Source: Paraspadella gotoi
Taxonomy: Eukaryota; Animalia; Chaetognatha
NCBI GenBank assembly: GCA_051294375.1
Contig: CM119265.1
Location: 17,077,172-17,141,171, forward strand
Length of the DNA: 64,000 nucleotides
Reading direction: 5' to 3'
Shown: positions 44,548-57,100 of the stretch, one piece after another
How positions within the stretch are numbered: position 1 is the stretch's first letter
Layout: each line of letters starts with the position of its first letter
Made by a program: the position numbers and the translations under genes
Notes under the pieces: model-generated
The model's input: the letters and a program-made list of their open reading frames with translations, nothing else
The model's database searches: none
Told to the model about the DNA's origin: nothing

Positions 44548-45271
44548 TCTCTCTCTCTCTCTCTCTCTCTTCTCTTCTCTATCTCTACTCTCTGACGTTT
44601 TATATTTTCTCTTCCCTCACTCGTCCAGCGATTGGGTGTTGCCATGGTTACGAGGCAACGAAATCGTTGGCGCGAAAGACAACACAAAGACAACAAAAAC
44701 GCAACAAATTTTTGCGACGCTTTTGAATTCGTCTTTACGGTCCGTTAAAGCGGAGTGATGAAAAATAAAATGAATTTTTTTCCAGCGAACAAAAAAGCCC
44801 GCAAACTCCGTTAAATTACGTTTAATTTTTAGTCCAAAGGCTCAACTGTAGATGAGCGACAGATTCGGGTTTAGTTCTGTCTCTTCTATTTTGGTTCATT
44901 TATTTTTTATGTCCGTTTTCTTACAAAACGGGAAGGACGTAACGAGTTTTTTTTTTTTCTTTGTTGATTTTACCCGCGGGGCAGTAAAGAAGGGGTCAGC
45001 TGGCAGCGACGGTCGACGTTATCTCATAAAAATGATCCATCTAATCCCCTTGTTTTCACTGTCACCTTCGTCCTCCTTCCTTTACGTAGTAATATTAAAC
45101 TTTTTAATTAAACGAAATATTTTTTTTTTCAATATGCGACCTCTAAAAATTCTCTCCTTATCGATAAAAAACCGTGGGAATTTGTTAAAAAATAACACGT
45201 TCCTGTATTTTCCCCTTCTCTCTCGCTCTCCTCTCTCTCTCTCATCCTCTCTCTCTCTCTCTCTCTCTCTC

Positions 45272-45307
<36 letters not shown>

Positions 45308-45317
45308 ATTCTCTAAT

Positions 45318-45354
<37 letters not shown>

Positions 45355-46182
45355 TCTCTCTCTTCCTCTCTTTCGGCTCAAGTCTCTGTCTTTTCTATTT
45401 TGCCTCGTCGAATCCAATATGGTCGTTTTCCCTTGTCTTTTCACTCTCTCTCTCTCTCTCTCTCCTCTCTCATCTCATCTCTCTCTCTCTCTCTTCTTCT
45501 CCTCTCTCTTCTCTCTCTCCTCTCTCTCTCTGNNNNNNNNNNNNNNNNNNNNNNNNNAGAGAGAAGGGAAATACAGGAACGGTTATTTTTTAACAAATTT
45601 TCCCACGGTTTTTATCGATAAGGAGAGAAATTTTTAGAGGTCGCATATTGAAAAAAAAAATATTTCGTAATAAAAAGTTTAATATTAACTTACGTAAAGG
45701 AAGGGAGACGAAGGACAGTGAAAACAAGGGGATTAAGATGGATCATTTTTATGAGATAACGTTCGACCGTCGCTGCCAGCTGACCCCTGCTGCCCCGCGG
45801 GTAAATCAACAAAGAAAAAAAAAAAAAACTCGTTGACGTCCTTCCCGTTTTGTAAGAAAATCGGACATAAAAAATAAATGAACAAAATAGAGAGACAGAA
45901 CTAAACCCGAATCTGTCGCTCATCTCAGTTGAGCCTTTGGACTAAAAATAAACGGTAATTTAACGGAGTTTAGCGGGCTCTTTTGTTCGCTGGAAAAATT
46001 CATTTATTTTTCATCACTCCGTTTAACGGACCGTAAAGACGAATTCAAAAGCGTCGCAAAAATTGTTGCGTTTTGTTGTCTTTGTCGTTGTCTTTCTGCG
46101 CCAACGATTTCGTTGCCTCGTAACCATGGCAACACCCAATCGCTGGACGAGTGAGGGATAGAGAGAAATATAAAACGTCAGA

Positions 46183-46274
<92 letters not shown>

Positions 46275-47845
46275 CGGTTAGAGACGCAAGACACTCACAC
46301 ACACTCTTCAGTCTTCAGATATGGATACGAAAACGGATATATGCATTTTTCACGGGAAAAGCTTCTTTGTTTATCTGAAGCAGCAAAGATCTGCCGAGTC
46401 GAAGAAGCCACTTGACGTTCGACAGAAAAGTCGCTAACGGTTTTTTTCTTCCTTTCTTTTTTTTTTTTTTTGACTTTGTTGTAACTCACTTGATGTCGCT
46501 TTCAACCTCGCTGCTACCATAACATCCGGGCACTTTGGCGCATCTGGCGCCGACGTCGGTGGCGCCGGCGGCGTTCCGCGTCGGCGCGTCGGTTATCGCT
46601 TAGACGCAGCAGATGAAAACAGGAAGAGGAAATGGGTTTGTTGGATTTTCTAGAGAATTTGACGAATGAAAATTGGCGTAACTTCTATGTTTTTTTTATG
46701 TTTTTAGTTTTTTTGGTTTTTTTTTTAATAGGCATTTTTCCTGTTGGTTGGTCGTTCGGTCTCTCTCTATCTTCTTCTCTTCTCTCTCTCTTCTCTTCAT
46801 CTCCATCTCTCTCTCTCTCTTTCTCTTTTTTCTATTTCTCTCTCTCTAACATTTATAAGGGTTCTGATCGTATTTATCGAGCGTATTTTGACAGGTTTTT
46901 CGAAATTTCTTTCCTCAACGAAAAAAAGAACAAACAGAAGGCCCAATGAAGACAACAAGAGCCCAAACAAAAGAACAACAGAAGCCCTTGAAAAACTGAT
47001 CACCAAAAAAAATATTGAAGCATCGAATGACGCCTCTCGTCGAGTAAAATTCTGTCTTTGCTATCCACCACCATCTATTGAACTATCGTTCTCCTCATAA
47101 TTCCGCCACTCACGCCACCACCCTTTCGCTGGCATTCGCCATTCGAGCGACCGATGCAATCCCTCCCACGATGGCGCGCGCCGCCGTCCAACGACGAAGC
47201 CTCGAAAGCTTAAACAAAAAACAGACGAACTCATTTGTCTAGAATCTGTCCTTGGGGTAGCGGGGGTAAGGGGGAATAAGGGTTGGGGAATGAGGGAGAG
47301 AGAAGAGAGAGAGAGAGGGAGGAGAAAGAAAGCTTTAAAAAAATTGGCAAAAANNNNNNNNNNNNNNNNNNNNNNNNNCTCCCTCATTCCCCAACCTCTT
47401 ATCCCCCTACCCCCCGCTACCCCAAGGACAGATCTAGACAAATGAGTTTCGTCTGTTTTTTTGTTTAAGCTTTCGAGGCTTCGTCGTGACGGCGGCGGCG
47501 CCATCGTGGGAGGGGATTGCATCGGCGTCGCTCGAATGGCGAATGCCAGCGAAGGTGGTGGCGTGAGTGGCGAATATGAGGAGAACGATAGATCAATAGA
47601 TGGTGGTTGGAGAGCAAGAAGAATTTTTACTCGACGAGAGGCGTCATTCGATGCTCAATATTTTTTTGGTGATCAGTTTTTCAAGGGCTTCTGTTGTTCT
47701 TTTGTTTGGGCTCTTGTTGTTCTTTCATTGGGCTTCTGTTGTTCTTTTTTTCGTTGAGGAAAGAAATTCGAAACCTGTCAAAATACGCTCGATAAATACG
47801 ATCAGAACCCTTATAAATGTAAGAGAGAGAGAAATAGAAAAAGAG

Positions 47846-47877
<32 letters not shown>

Positions 47878-48295
47878 NNNNNNNNNNNNNNNNNNNNNNN
47901 NNNNNNNNNNNNNNNNNNNNNNNNNNNNNNNNNNNNNNNNNNNNNNNNNNNNNNNNNNNNNNNNNNNNNNNNNNNNNNNNNNNNNNGAGAGAGAGAGAGA
48001 GAGAGACCGAACGACCAACCAACAGAAAAATGAAACTATTAAAAAAAAAACAAAAAAACTAAAAACATAAAAAAAAACATAGAAGTTACGCCCATATTTT
48101 CATCGTCAAATTCTCTAGAAACCAACAAACCCATTTCCTCTTCCTGTTTTTCATCTGCTGCGTCTAAGCAGATAACCCGACGCCGCCGACGCGACGCCGC
48201 CGGCGCCACCGACGTCGGCGCCAGATGACGCCAAAGTGCCCGGATGTTATTGGAGCAGCGAGGTTGAAAGCGACAGCGTGAGTTACAACAAAGTC
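43430..48295. repeat. Giant foldback/duplication A-B-gap-B'-A-gap-A' (probably an assembly artefact)
   Basis: A (43430-~44310) is repeated directly at 46472-47353 (offset 3042) and inverted at 47379-48295. B (~44330-45220) is inverted at 45558-46470. N gaps sit at both inversion centres. Confidence 0.85.
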
Positions 48296-48560
48296 GATAA
48301 TAACGGTTGACGGCATCTTCGATGGAGGCAAACAGAAAATACTGTGAGTCTATTAATTATATCTTTAATTATAAAACTAAATATTTGAACCTCGACACCG
48401 TACGACAGACGGACGACAGAGGTGGCATAACTAGTGGCATCGCTGGTGGCATCCCAGGTGGCATCCACGAGAATTAGTTCTCTTGAATCGAGATTCGAGG
48501 ATTATAATGAGAAACGAAGGCGAATTTTGGCGCGGAACGAGGCTTCGAAAATATCGATAT

Positions 48561-48617
48561 ATTTGATAACCAACACCGATTTGATAACCAACACCGATTT
48601 GATAACCAACACCGATT
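48561..48617. repeat. 18-bp tandem repeat (atttgataaccaacaccg) x3
   Basis: Directly visible. Confidence 0.9.
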
Positions 48618-49177
48618 AAAACAACATTTTTAAGGATAATATTAATTCGTTACGGGAGAAAGGACTAATGGAAGGCTGATTTTTCAAAGAAAAGAAATTA
48701 ACTTTAGCAGGCATTTGAAATATTATTATTATTATTAATATTATTAAAGTTCAGATTTACAAAACAATTACTTTAGACTACTGTAAGATACAGTTTTTGG
48801 CAAGCTTTCGTTGAAGTTCATTCAAAAAGTTTATAAATTGACATTTGACAATGAAAGCAATGTCAAAAAGCAACGGATAAGAAAAGCGATCGAAAATTGA
48901 AGAATAAGTCGAATAAACCTCGAAGAAAACAAGAAAAAAAAAGAACATCGTTTATTTGATTTCTACCCATTACTTTTTTTTATGCGGGGAGAGGAGAGAG
49001 AGAGAGAGAGAGAAGAGAGGAGAGAGAGAGAGAGAGAGAAGAGAGAGAAGAGAGGACGAAGAGAGGAGACGAGAGAGAGAGAGCAGAGAAGAGAGAGAAA
49101 GGGAAAAGAAAAAGAAAGAAACGAAAGAAGAAAGAAGAAAAAAAGAAAGAAAGAAAGAAAAAAGAAAGGCAAGAGAG

Positions 49178-49211
<34 letters not shown>

Positions 49212-49662
49212 GCCGAATATGTAGAGGAGAAAAGATAAAGATGATAGCGCAATTTGTGTTTTTCCTCTTACTTCCCCTCTGTTGGGCGTCGATCCAAAAA
49301 GGTGAGTTTTATTCGATCATGACCCAACCTTTTCATTCCTCATACAACGACAAAAAAAAAAAGAATAAGAGAACGTCGACAACGAGAAGTATGACGTTGG
49401 CGACAGTTTAAACCCAATATATTCGCGGTTGATCAATTGGGCGTCTATCGTTGAATATAGCATAAGCAAAAAAAGTGACTATTGCTCGGTTCCGCAGCGT
49501 TGAAAAAAAGGGTAGCAATCAATGAAGGAATGTTTTCGTCATCGTCATCTTCGTCTTCACGCAGCCGATCAAAGGTTCTGCGCTTCTACGGTGCAAGGGC
49601 TTTTAATTAATAACAAACAATTTGTGGAAGACGATGCCGCGAGCAGTTCACCGTCCGTTGCG

Positions 49663-49741
49663 CACAAGGTCCCGAACTTCGGATCGGGCTGTAGTCCGTC
49701 ACTACAGGTGGGTTAGACGCCCCGTCCCGCTTTTACTTGTG
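49663..49741 (-). ncRNA. Twister self-cleaving ribozyme-like fold, type-P5 permutation (copy 2)
   Basis: RNA: CACAAG UAAAA GCGG GACGG GGCGUC U^AA CCC AC C UGUAGU GACGG ACUACA G CCCGA UCCGAAGU UCGGG AC CUUGUG. It shows compensatory changes relative to copy 1 in P3, P4, T2 and P5. Confidence 0.8.
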
Positions 49742-50108
49742 TGAATCAGCAGGGCGCGAACCCGAGTCCTTTGGGTTGGGAGGAGCTCGTGCGACCTCCG
49801 TCGGCATAGGTGCTGCTGATTCTCGGACGAGTAACGGGGTATGAAATACTACCGCTACACATCCCCCCATAGGCATCACACACCCGCGCAAGTGTGATGG
49901 CTATGATGCACGCTTTGTGCCCGAGCACTCTAGGAGGGGCTGCTTATTCCTGCTCCCGTCTTCACACACGATGGTCGAGGGCAGAGGTGTGTTAACATGC
50001 CCGGGCAGAGGTGTATTAACTTGCCAGCGTGTTGGTGTGGGCTCACCAATGTGGAAGACTGCTGCTGATTCTCGGACGAGTAACGGGGTATGAAATACTA
50101 CCGCTACA
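49663..50108 (-). mobile_element. tRNA-derived SINE/retrozyme-like element carrying the twister (copy 2), with a 49-bp direct repeat
   Basis: The head at 49822-49743 is closed by GAAUCAGCAG/CUGCUGAUUC. It shares CCUCCCAACCCAAAGG with copy 1 and has a T-arm/B-box-like GGGUUCGCGCCC. Perfect 49-bp direct repeats lie at 49811-49859 and 50060-50108. Confidence 0.6.
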
Positions 50109-51844
50109 AATTGCATAATTTACTGCTTCTCAAGGGGGTCTTCGAGGAGTCATAAACTGTATTCTACGAAGGTCAAAATAACAACGAGAAAGATAAGGCA
50201 TGATCAATAACCTCGAGGATGCCTGAAGGACGCATAGGTCAGGGGTCGACTTTCGAAGTAGACCTTAATTCGAGGTCATTCGGGGTCGGGGGAAATTTTC
50301 GGAAGAGAGGAATGGAGACGACGACGCCGACTATGAAGCCGATATTGGGTACAACAGGGGATAGAATTTTTACATCATTTCGTATATTTTTTAGGTTTCT
50401 TCGAATACTTCCCTCCCCCCTAATAGCATTGCCCGACATTCTTTTCGTTTGATTTTGAACAGTGAGGTTAGAATCCCAACAAAAAACGGCTATATTTTCA
50501 GAAAGCGACTCATTTCGGTTCCGTAAGCTTAATTTTAAATTTAATATCTAATCTTAATAACTTTATATCTTAACCCAAAACCTCATCTCACCCTTATTCT
50601 AAAGCAAAAGATTAACCTAATCTCTAACCTTTATCCTAAACATAATCTCTATCTCAGATTGAGTCGACGTTTCTTCGCCGGAACTCGACAGTCGACGGCT
50701 TCGTCGAACCCGAGGGACAGAGAGAGAGAGAGAGTCACGTCACCAGATGGTCGAACGAGTAGGAAAATTGATCGTTTGCGGAGTAGAAGGGGTGAAGACT
50801 AAAGAGGTAGATGCAGGGGAGAAAAAAAGGGGAAAGATGAGAATAGACGGAAAAGATTAGCAGGAAGAAAAAGAGCTGAATATGGATTCGGTATAAAAAT
50901 TATAAAGGTGTATAATCTAAAAAAATGGGTACTACTAGTATAAAAAGTTATGTCACTTAGATAAACAGAAAAATTCAAAGCAAAATTGAGCATTTCGTCG
51001 AAATTTCGTAGCCAAAACAAAGTTATTAATAAAAAAAGAGCTTTTAATTTCAAAAAATGAAATTGTGAAATTTTAATTCAAATTGATTTTTCAATCCTTT
51101 TCTCCGAGGACGAAGAGACGAAACAAATGAAGTTCGTCGAAGTCTATCTTTCCCCACCCTTTTTAAACAACATTCTGGCTGCAGCCGTTCAAGGCCTTGT
51201 TGTCTGCTTCCTCAGACAGCTTTGAGAGTGAGGTGGTTCATCGTCAAGTCGTCGAAGCAGGAGCGGTGAATGAAAGATACAATTATAAAAAACGAAATTA
51301 AATTAAGGGAAAGATAACGCGTGAGCGGCGCGGCGTTGGAGGGAGACGGAGGAAAAGAAGGCGTTGAGAATTTGATTAGCAAAAAAAAAAAACTGAAAAA
51401 AACAAAACAAAACAAAAAAAAACAGAAAAAGGGCCTTATTAAATCCCTTCGGAACGAACTACAACCTAATGAGTTTAGCGTGGAAAAACGTTGAGAAAAA
51501 AATGGCTTTCTAAAGTCGCTCCCAAGAGGGAGCCAAGTAAGCTGAGACGATCTCCATCTCGTCAAGGAGACGCACGTCGCTAACGGCGGCTCGGTAGTGT
51601 TGGCGGGCGCTGGCTGCGTCGCTGGCGGTCGCGCCGCTATAATGGCGGCTGTGGGGGCGATACGGACGGCGGCGTTAGTAGTGGCTCTGCGACGGCCCTT
51701 GGAGAATGAAGGCGGCAACGGTAAAGAAGAAAAACGAAGAAAGTTGGATGAAAATAAATGAACAACCCAAGTTGCTAGAAGACGCGGACTGTATTTTTAA
51801 TGCGTCAGAGAGATAAAGTGAGAGATTGCAGGAGGCGAGGGAAA

Positions 51845-51925
<81 letters not shown>

Positions 51926-51937
51926 AAGAAGAAAGAA

Positions 51938-51973
<36 letters not shown>

Positions 51974-53884
51974 AAAGCAAGCAAGCAAGCAAGCAAGCAA
52001 GCGCATGGTCGACGCTCACAGTTTTAAGGTAGAAAGTGCTATTTAAAAATACAGGGACTTCAATCTGGACCGAGAAAAAAATACTTGATTAAACTCGTAA
52101 TTGTTTCACTGTATATTATTTTTATAACATTTATGAGTTAGAAAACTACTTGACGTTTATGTTGACTCTTAATAGTATAATCACAATGGCTCTCAAGCGC
52201 GGAGTCACTTTTCTTCATTTTTTTCGTCAAAATTTTAACAGTTTTTAACAATTTAATAATTTTTAATGCTGATTATAAAGTTATCTGTTATATAAATAAA
52301 AAATTTTAGTGATAAAGAGTCAGTTTGGTGATTGGTTATTATAAAAAATTTTTATTATAAAAATCCAACCATTTACTATGGTAACTATTATTTATCAACA
52401 AAGTCGTCTTTCGTAATTTTTTTCCCCAAGCTGAAATGTTTATTTTTAATAGATTTTAAAAGGAAAACGTGATGTATTATTCATATTATAAAATTTTTTT
52501 TTTAGATTCTGGTTCGTGATACATTATACTCACAGTATTTTATTAATCATAAAAATGAACCATGGAAAAAAATTCAATTGTTTTAATGGGATTAATAGTA
52601 AGATCCACTTTCAAGTAAAAATTTCAAAGTAAAAAATGCTCTTTTAGAAAATTTACCCTCTGAGGAAAATGTTTATAACATAGCAACTAAGGTTTTTCGT
52701 ATCAATCCAGATTGAAGTCCCTGTAAAACGAAGGAAAATAGAGATTTTGCCCAGGAGGACCGCTGTCCCGAGTAAGAAAACTTTGTTGAGAAGTAACGTG
52801 ATATTGAAACAGGGTGAGAAACCGATGAGGGACCATTGGAGGGGCAAATGACGTATGACTTATAAGAAACAACGATAGATAAGCAAACAAGCTGAATGAA
52901 ATAAAAAACAAAGATGCTTTCGTTTTTTAGTTTTACGGTAACGACAAAGTGAAACAAAGAAAGCCATAAACATAAACAAGCTCAAACAAAGAGTACGACT
53001 CATTTCCATTCATGAATTTTTCTTTCTTATTATCTTTTGCATTCGAACTTTTGTTTCTTGTTTTCCCAGTTGTTTCTCCTTCTGATTCGTTATCTTGCGA
53101 CTGGGAGGCGCTCGAATCGCTCTTCAGCCTCGTTCTCGCTTCCTCTTCGATCGCGCAATGAATATTTCATGAAATAACCTCGTTGGCAGCGGAAAAGGTG
53201 TTTTCGCTTGTAAATTATGGCGTGAAAAAGAAGGAACGTAGGAAACAAGGAGCGAAGCCAGCTTCGGAAGTCGCGTATTAAAAAAACTACGTACAAATGT
53301 TAAAAAAAAGAAAGTCTTAAGAAACCCCCGAAAAAAGNNNNNNNNNNAAAAGCGAATCCGTTTTTCTTTTTATCACGCCTCATTATTTTTCGCGGTTGTA
53401 AAACTTTCGCTCCCTCTTTTGAAAAGCCGATTGCAGACACATTGCGTGCCTATTGCGCGCATCATCATTGCGTGTCGACTTTTTCAATAAGAATGAACAT
53501 CGTTTTTCTCGACGATGCACCAGAATTTCTCTGGATTCAAACCCACATCTTGTCTCCGGAGAAGAAAAAATTATTGTCGACACGATGACCGAAACGCACG
53601 ACGAGGAATGCCACGCCCACAAGCGGCGCGCCACCCGCCAGCGGCGTCGAATATTTCCTCGTTAAGACTCTGACGCGAGCCGAGGGTCATTAACGTTCTT
53701 TATCAGCGGCGCGAACGGAAATGGCAGGTGGGGCTCTCATTAGCGGCGACAAAAGTGACGGACGTCGCGCGCTCAACGAGCGTCACAAAAATAACGAAGC
53801 CGACTCACGTGACGCACGATGAAAAACAAGAACGGTAATTCAAATGTGTTGCGCCGCAGTGACTGCCTTATCACGTGTATTTAT

Positions 53885-54142
53885 CGAGACATAACATGAC
53901 ATATCGTGACATGACATGAATACATGACTACAATAACTTTTTTAGACCGTGTATTTTATTCCTTATAGTTTTAGGATTTCCTGAATGCGGCGCTAGCAGA
54001 TTTGAGATTTTTTTTCTGTTTTAACAAATGAGCAACAAACTATAGGCAAATTATATGAATTTTTAACGTAAGTGGGACAGACCGACCGACCGAAAAGTGT
54101 CTCATTGAGATGCTCCGCGAGTACTCGCGGCGCAACTAAAAA
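53885..54142 (-). mobile_element. HINE/DINE-1-like element, second copy
   Basis: Reverse-complement match to 39628-39930 (e.g. gatttcctgaatgcggcgctagcag, taagtgggacagaccgaccgaccgaaaa, cgagtactcgcggcgcaactaaaa). It has a subterminal palindrome ccgcgagtactcgcgg. Confidence 0.6.
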
Positions 54143-57100
54143 GACGGGCGTGACAACGGCGAAAAGAATCACAAAGCACCTGCCAACGTTCCTTTGTTTT
54201 ATACTTTCGCTTTAGTATTAATTGGATCGTTTTGCGAGACTAATCAGTCCACGGAATTCTTACCAAATAATGAGCGGCGAGCCTAAGGTAAAAAATTCAT
54301 TCGTTCTCTTAGTAAATGCCCCATAAACTGCGTTTCGTTTGAAGAGCAATTAGTGTTGGGCTCTTTGCGAAAGATTAGGAAGGCTTCAAGGTCAGGACAA
54401 ACCAATTTGGAAAAAAGAAAAGTTGCATCGTTGAGTCTCAAACTAAACATGACAAAGCTGACGTCAAATCAAATTACTTTTCCTTCGAATGAGTTTCTTC
54501 TTCTTTTTTTTTTTTGCCTAAAAAAATATCCGACTTACCTCGTTCAATGAACTTCGCCCGTTATATTCGAATTTTTTTAACGAAATTTCGAGAAGAAAAA
54601 AAAAAGGGAGAAAGGATGAATAAAAGTTTGAATAGAAGATGGAATTAAGAGGAAATTGGAAAAGGGAAAAGTCGAAAGATTGAAGGAAAATAATTTAAAA
54701 ATTCAAAAATGAAAACTGGAACGTGAGAGAAGAATGGGAGAAAACTGCGGAGATGATAAAGGAAGGAAAAGAGAAGAAAGAAAGAAAAAAAGAAAGAAAG
54801 AGAAAGAGAGTTTTTAAAAGGTTCCCGGGTGCTCACAATATATTTGATTTATAACTTTCTGATTTTCGTACTGAAACGCTTATGGCTCCGATGGGACTAA
54901 TAAGAAAAACATGGCGTCGAATATGTCAAACGTTTCCATGGCGACCAAGAAGTAAGCAACTACTAGGAAAACAAATTAAATTAAATTAAATTAAAATCAA
55001 AACAAGAGACTATTAAGGAACTATGAGATAATTTTAATCAGAATATAATCATAAGTTGCTAAAGGAATTGACTGTTAATACTTAATTAGAGATAATAAAT
55101 TTATATTTCAGCATTTAATGAATCAAACGATCACTCTCAGTCTCTGCTCAAGTGAAACAAACCAACTAAATTCAAAATTCTCTCATTAGGAACGAAAAGC
55201 AAAATCTAGGTCGACGCAGTTAGCGCTTCTAATCAGAAGGCAGGCAGTATTCGGAGAATAAAGATACTGTAGTTGGGAGATTATGTATGCGGAGTCTCGC
55301 GCGAGAAACGCCGAGGCAAACTTAGGGGAGGGAAGAAAATTTTTTTTTCCAGGCGGGGAAAAAAAAGATGGCTGCCGAGACTGGAAAGCAGAAATGGGTT
55401 CATTACGGCTCTATTTTTGATCTAACGAGACGCTTTTTTGAGCGAAAAGAGGTTCCGGATATCAGTAAGAAAAAATGTATTTTTGAAAAACTTTTTTTTT
55501 TTCTACTAAGGCGAAAGAAAAGAATAAAAAATGTTACAAAAGGAAAGCAAAATGGAAAGTGAAAACTTACTTATAAAAGAAGAAATACAAAGAAAGAAAA
55601 GAGAGGGAGAGGGCGAAAAAAATGAGAAAGCCCTGGTTATGAAAATACAAGGGAAAGGCGGTATAATGCGTCGGTCATGTAAACATCGTCGAAAATGCGA
55701 AAGAGAAAAATGAATTCAAAACACAACACATGCAGCAAACAAAGGGAGAGAGTTTAGGGGGAGCTAAGCGGCGGCAGAGTTTAATGGGTGAGGAATGAGG
55801 ATCATAGAATTGTGCCAAAAGCGGAACCGAAAAAAAGGGTGAGTTAAAGTGAGAAAATTTTAAAATTGGAGTAAGGTTGTTTCGGTGAGGGACGAAGAGA
55901 GGAAGATAAAGAAAAGAACCGCTCGTTGAGAGAAGATATGAAAAAAAAAGGTAGTTGAGAGACGCGAGGGGAAAAAAGAGACAAAGCGACGGAAAAAGAA
56001 ATAATGAAGGCGGTTGAGGAGGCGGAGACTGCGGCGGCGGCGGCGGTGGCGGCGGCTGCGGTGGCGGGAAAATGGAGGCCGAGAAATGGCAGTTGGTTGG
56101 CAATGAATCCGTCGGCATCGAAGGGAAACGAAAGAGAAAAACGTGGACGTCTAATGTCGAAGAAAAGAAGAGATCTTTGATGAGATCAAGAAATGAAGCG
56201 AGCGCGCGCTCGTGCCGATCTCGCTCCTTTCTCATCTTCGTAAACATTGAAAGGGAAAGTCTCATCGAGGTGTTTGATTGTGGAAAAATCGAGCTTTTAA
56301 AATCTTTTATTTCAATTGTATTAATACGAGAAATTTTATTATGACTTTAAGGTTGCCTTGTAGTTTATGTCTTAATTTCAATTTGATTTAAAAATAAACA
56401 ATTTGTTTTTGTCACGTCAGACGGACAGACTGAACCAAAAGTTAAATCACGGAGTCTCAGCAGCAACAGTGAAAAAAAAATCCCTGACGCGTGTCGCAAT
56501 CAGGCGTCGCTGTTTTCTCTTCTTTCTCTCGCCGTCAGGATATTAATGGATCCGACCCCCCCCCTGTCCGATTATAAAATTTAAAAATTCTCGCGCATCT
56601 AATTTTTAAATAATATCAATATTATCGGCGCTCGTCTCCTTTGGCTCGGAGAATCCGCGAAGACGAAGCAGAAGCGTGGCGGCGACGTGACTGCAACGTG
56701 ACGAAGAGGCGAGCCGTAGGCGTGGGAGAATCGGTCTTGGAAGAGGAATTAAGATTACTGTTGCGAACGGAAAAGTCACAAGGTTTCGACAAGTATAGTA
56801 CACAAGAATAGTACACGTATCAAAGTCAAAGACAACAAAATGTTTGAAAATCAGGGCTAAAAATAGAATCCAAACGTAACAAAGCCTAGGCTTAACGAAA
56901 AAAGCCCCACAGTAGCGAAGGGAAGAAAGAAACGAGCGAATTCTGCGTCGTTTGGATTTATTTTGTTCACTGGATCTATTTTTAGCCTCCCGCCAAAACA
57001 GACTCGTTATTGAGGCGTCGTTGAATAGAAGAAAGATGGCGCTGAAATGAACCGACGGAGAAAAAACAGTCGAGTAAACAATTCTTTTTTCTCGGAGACG

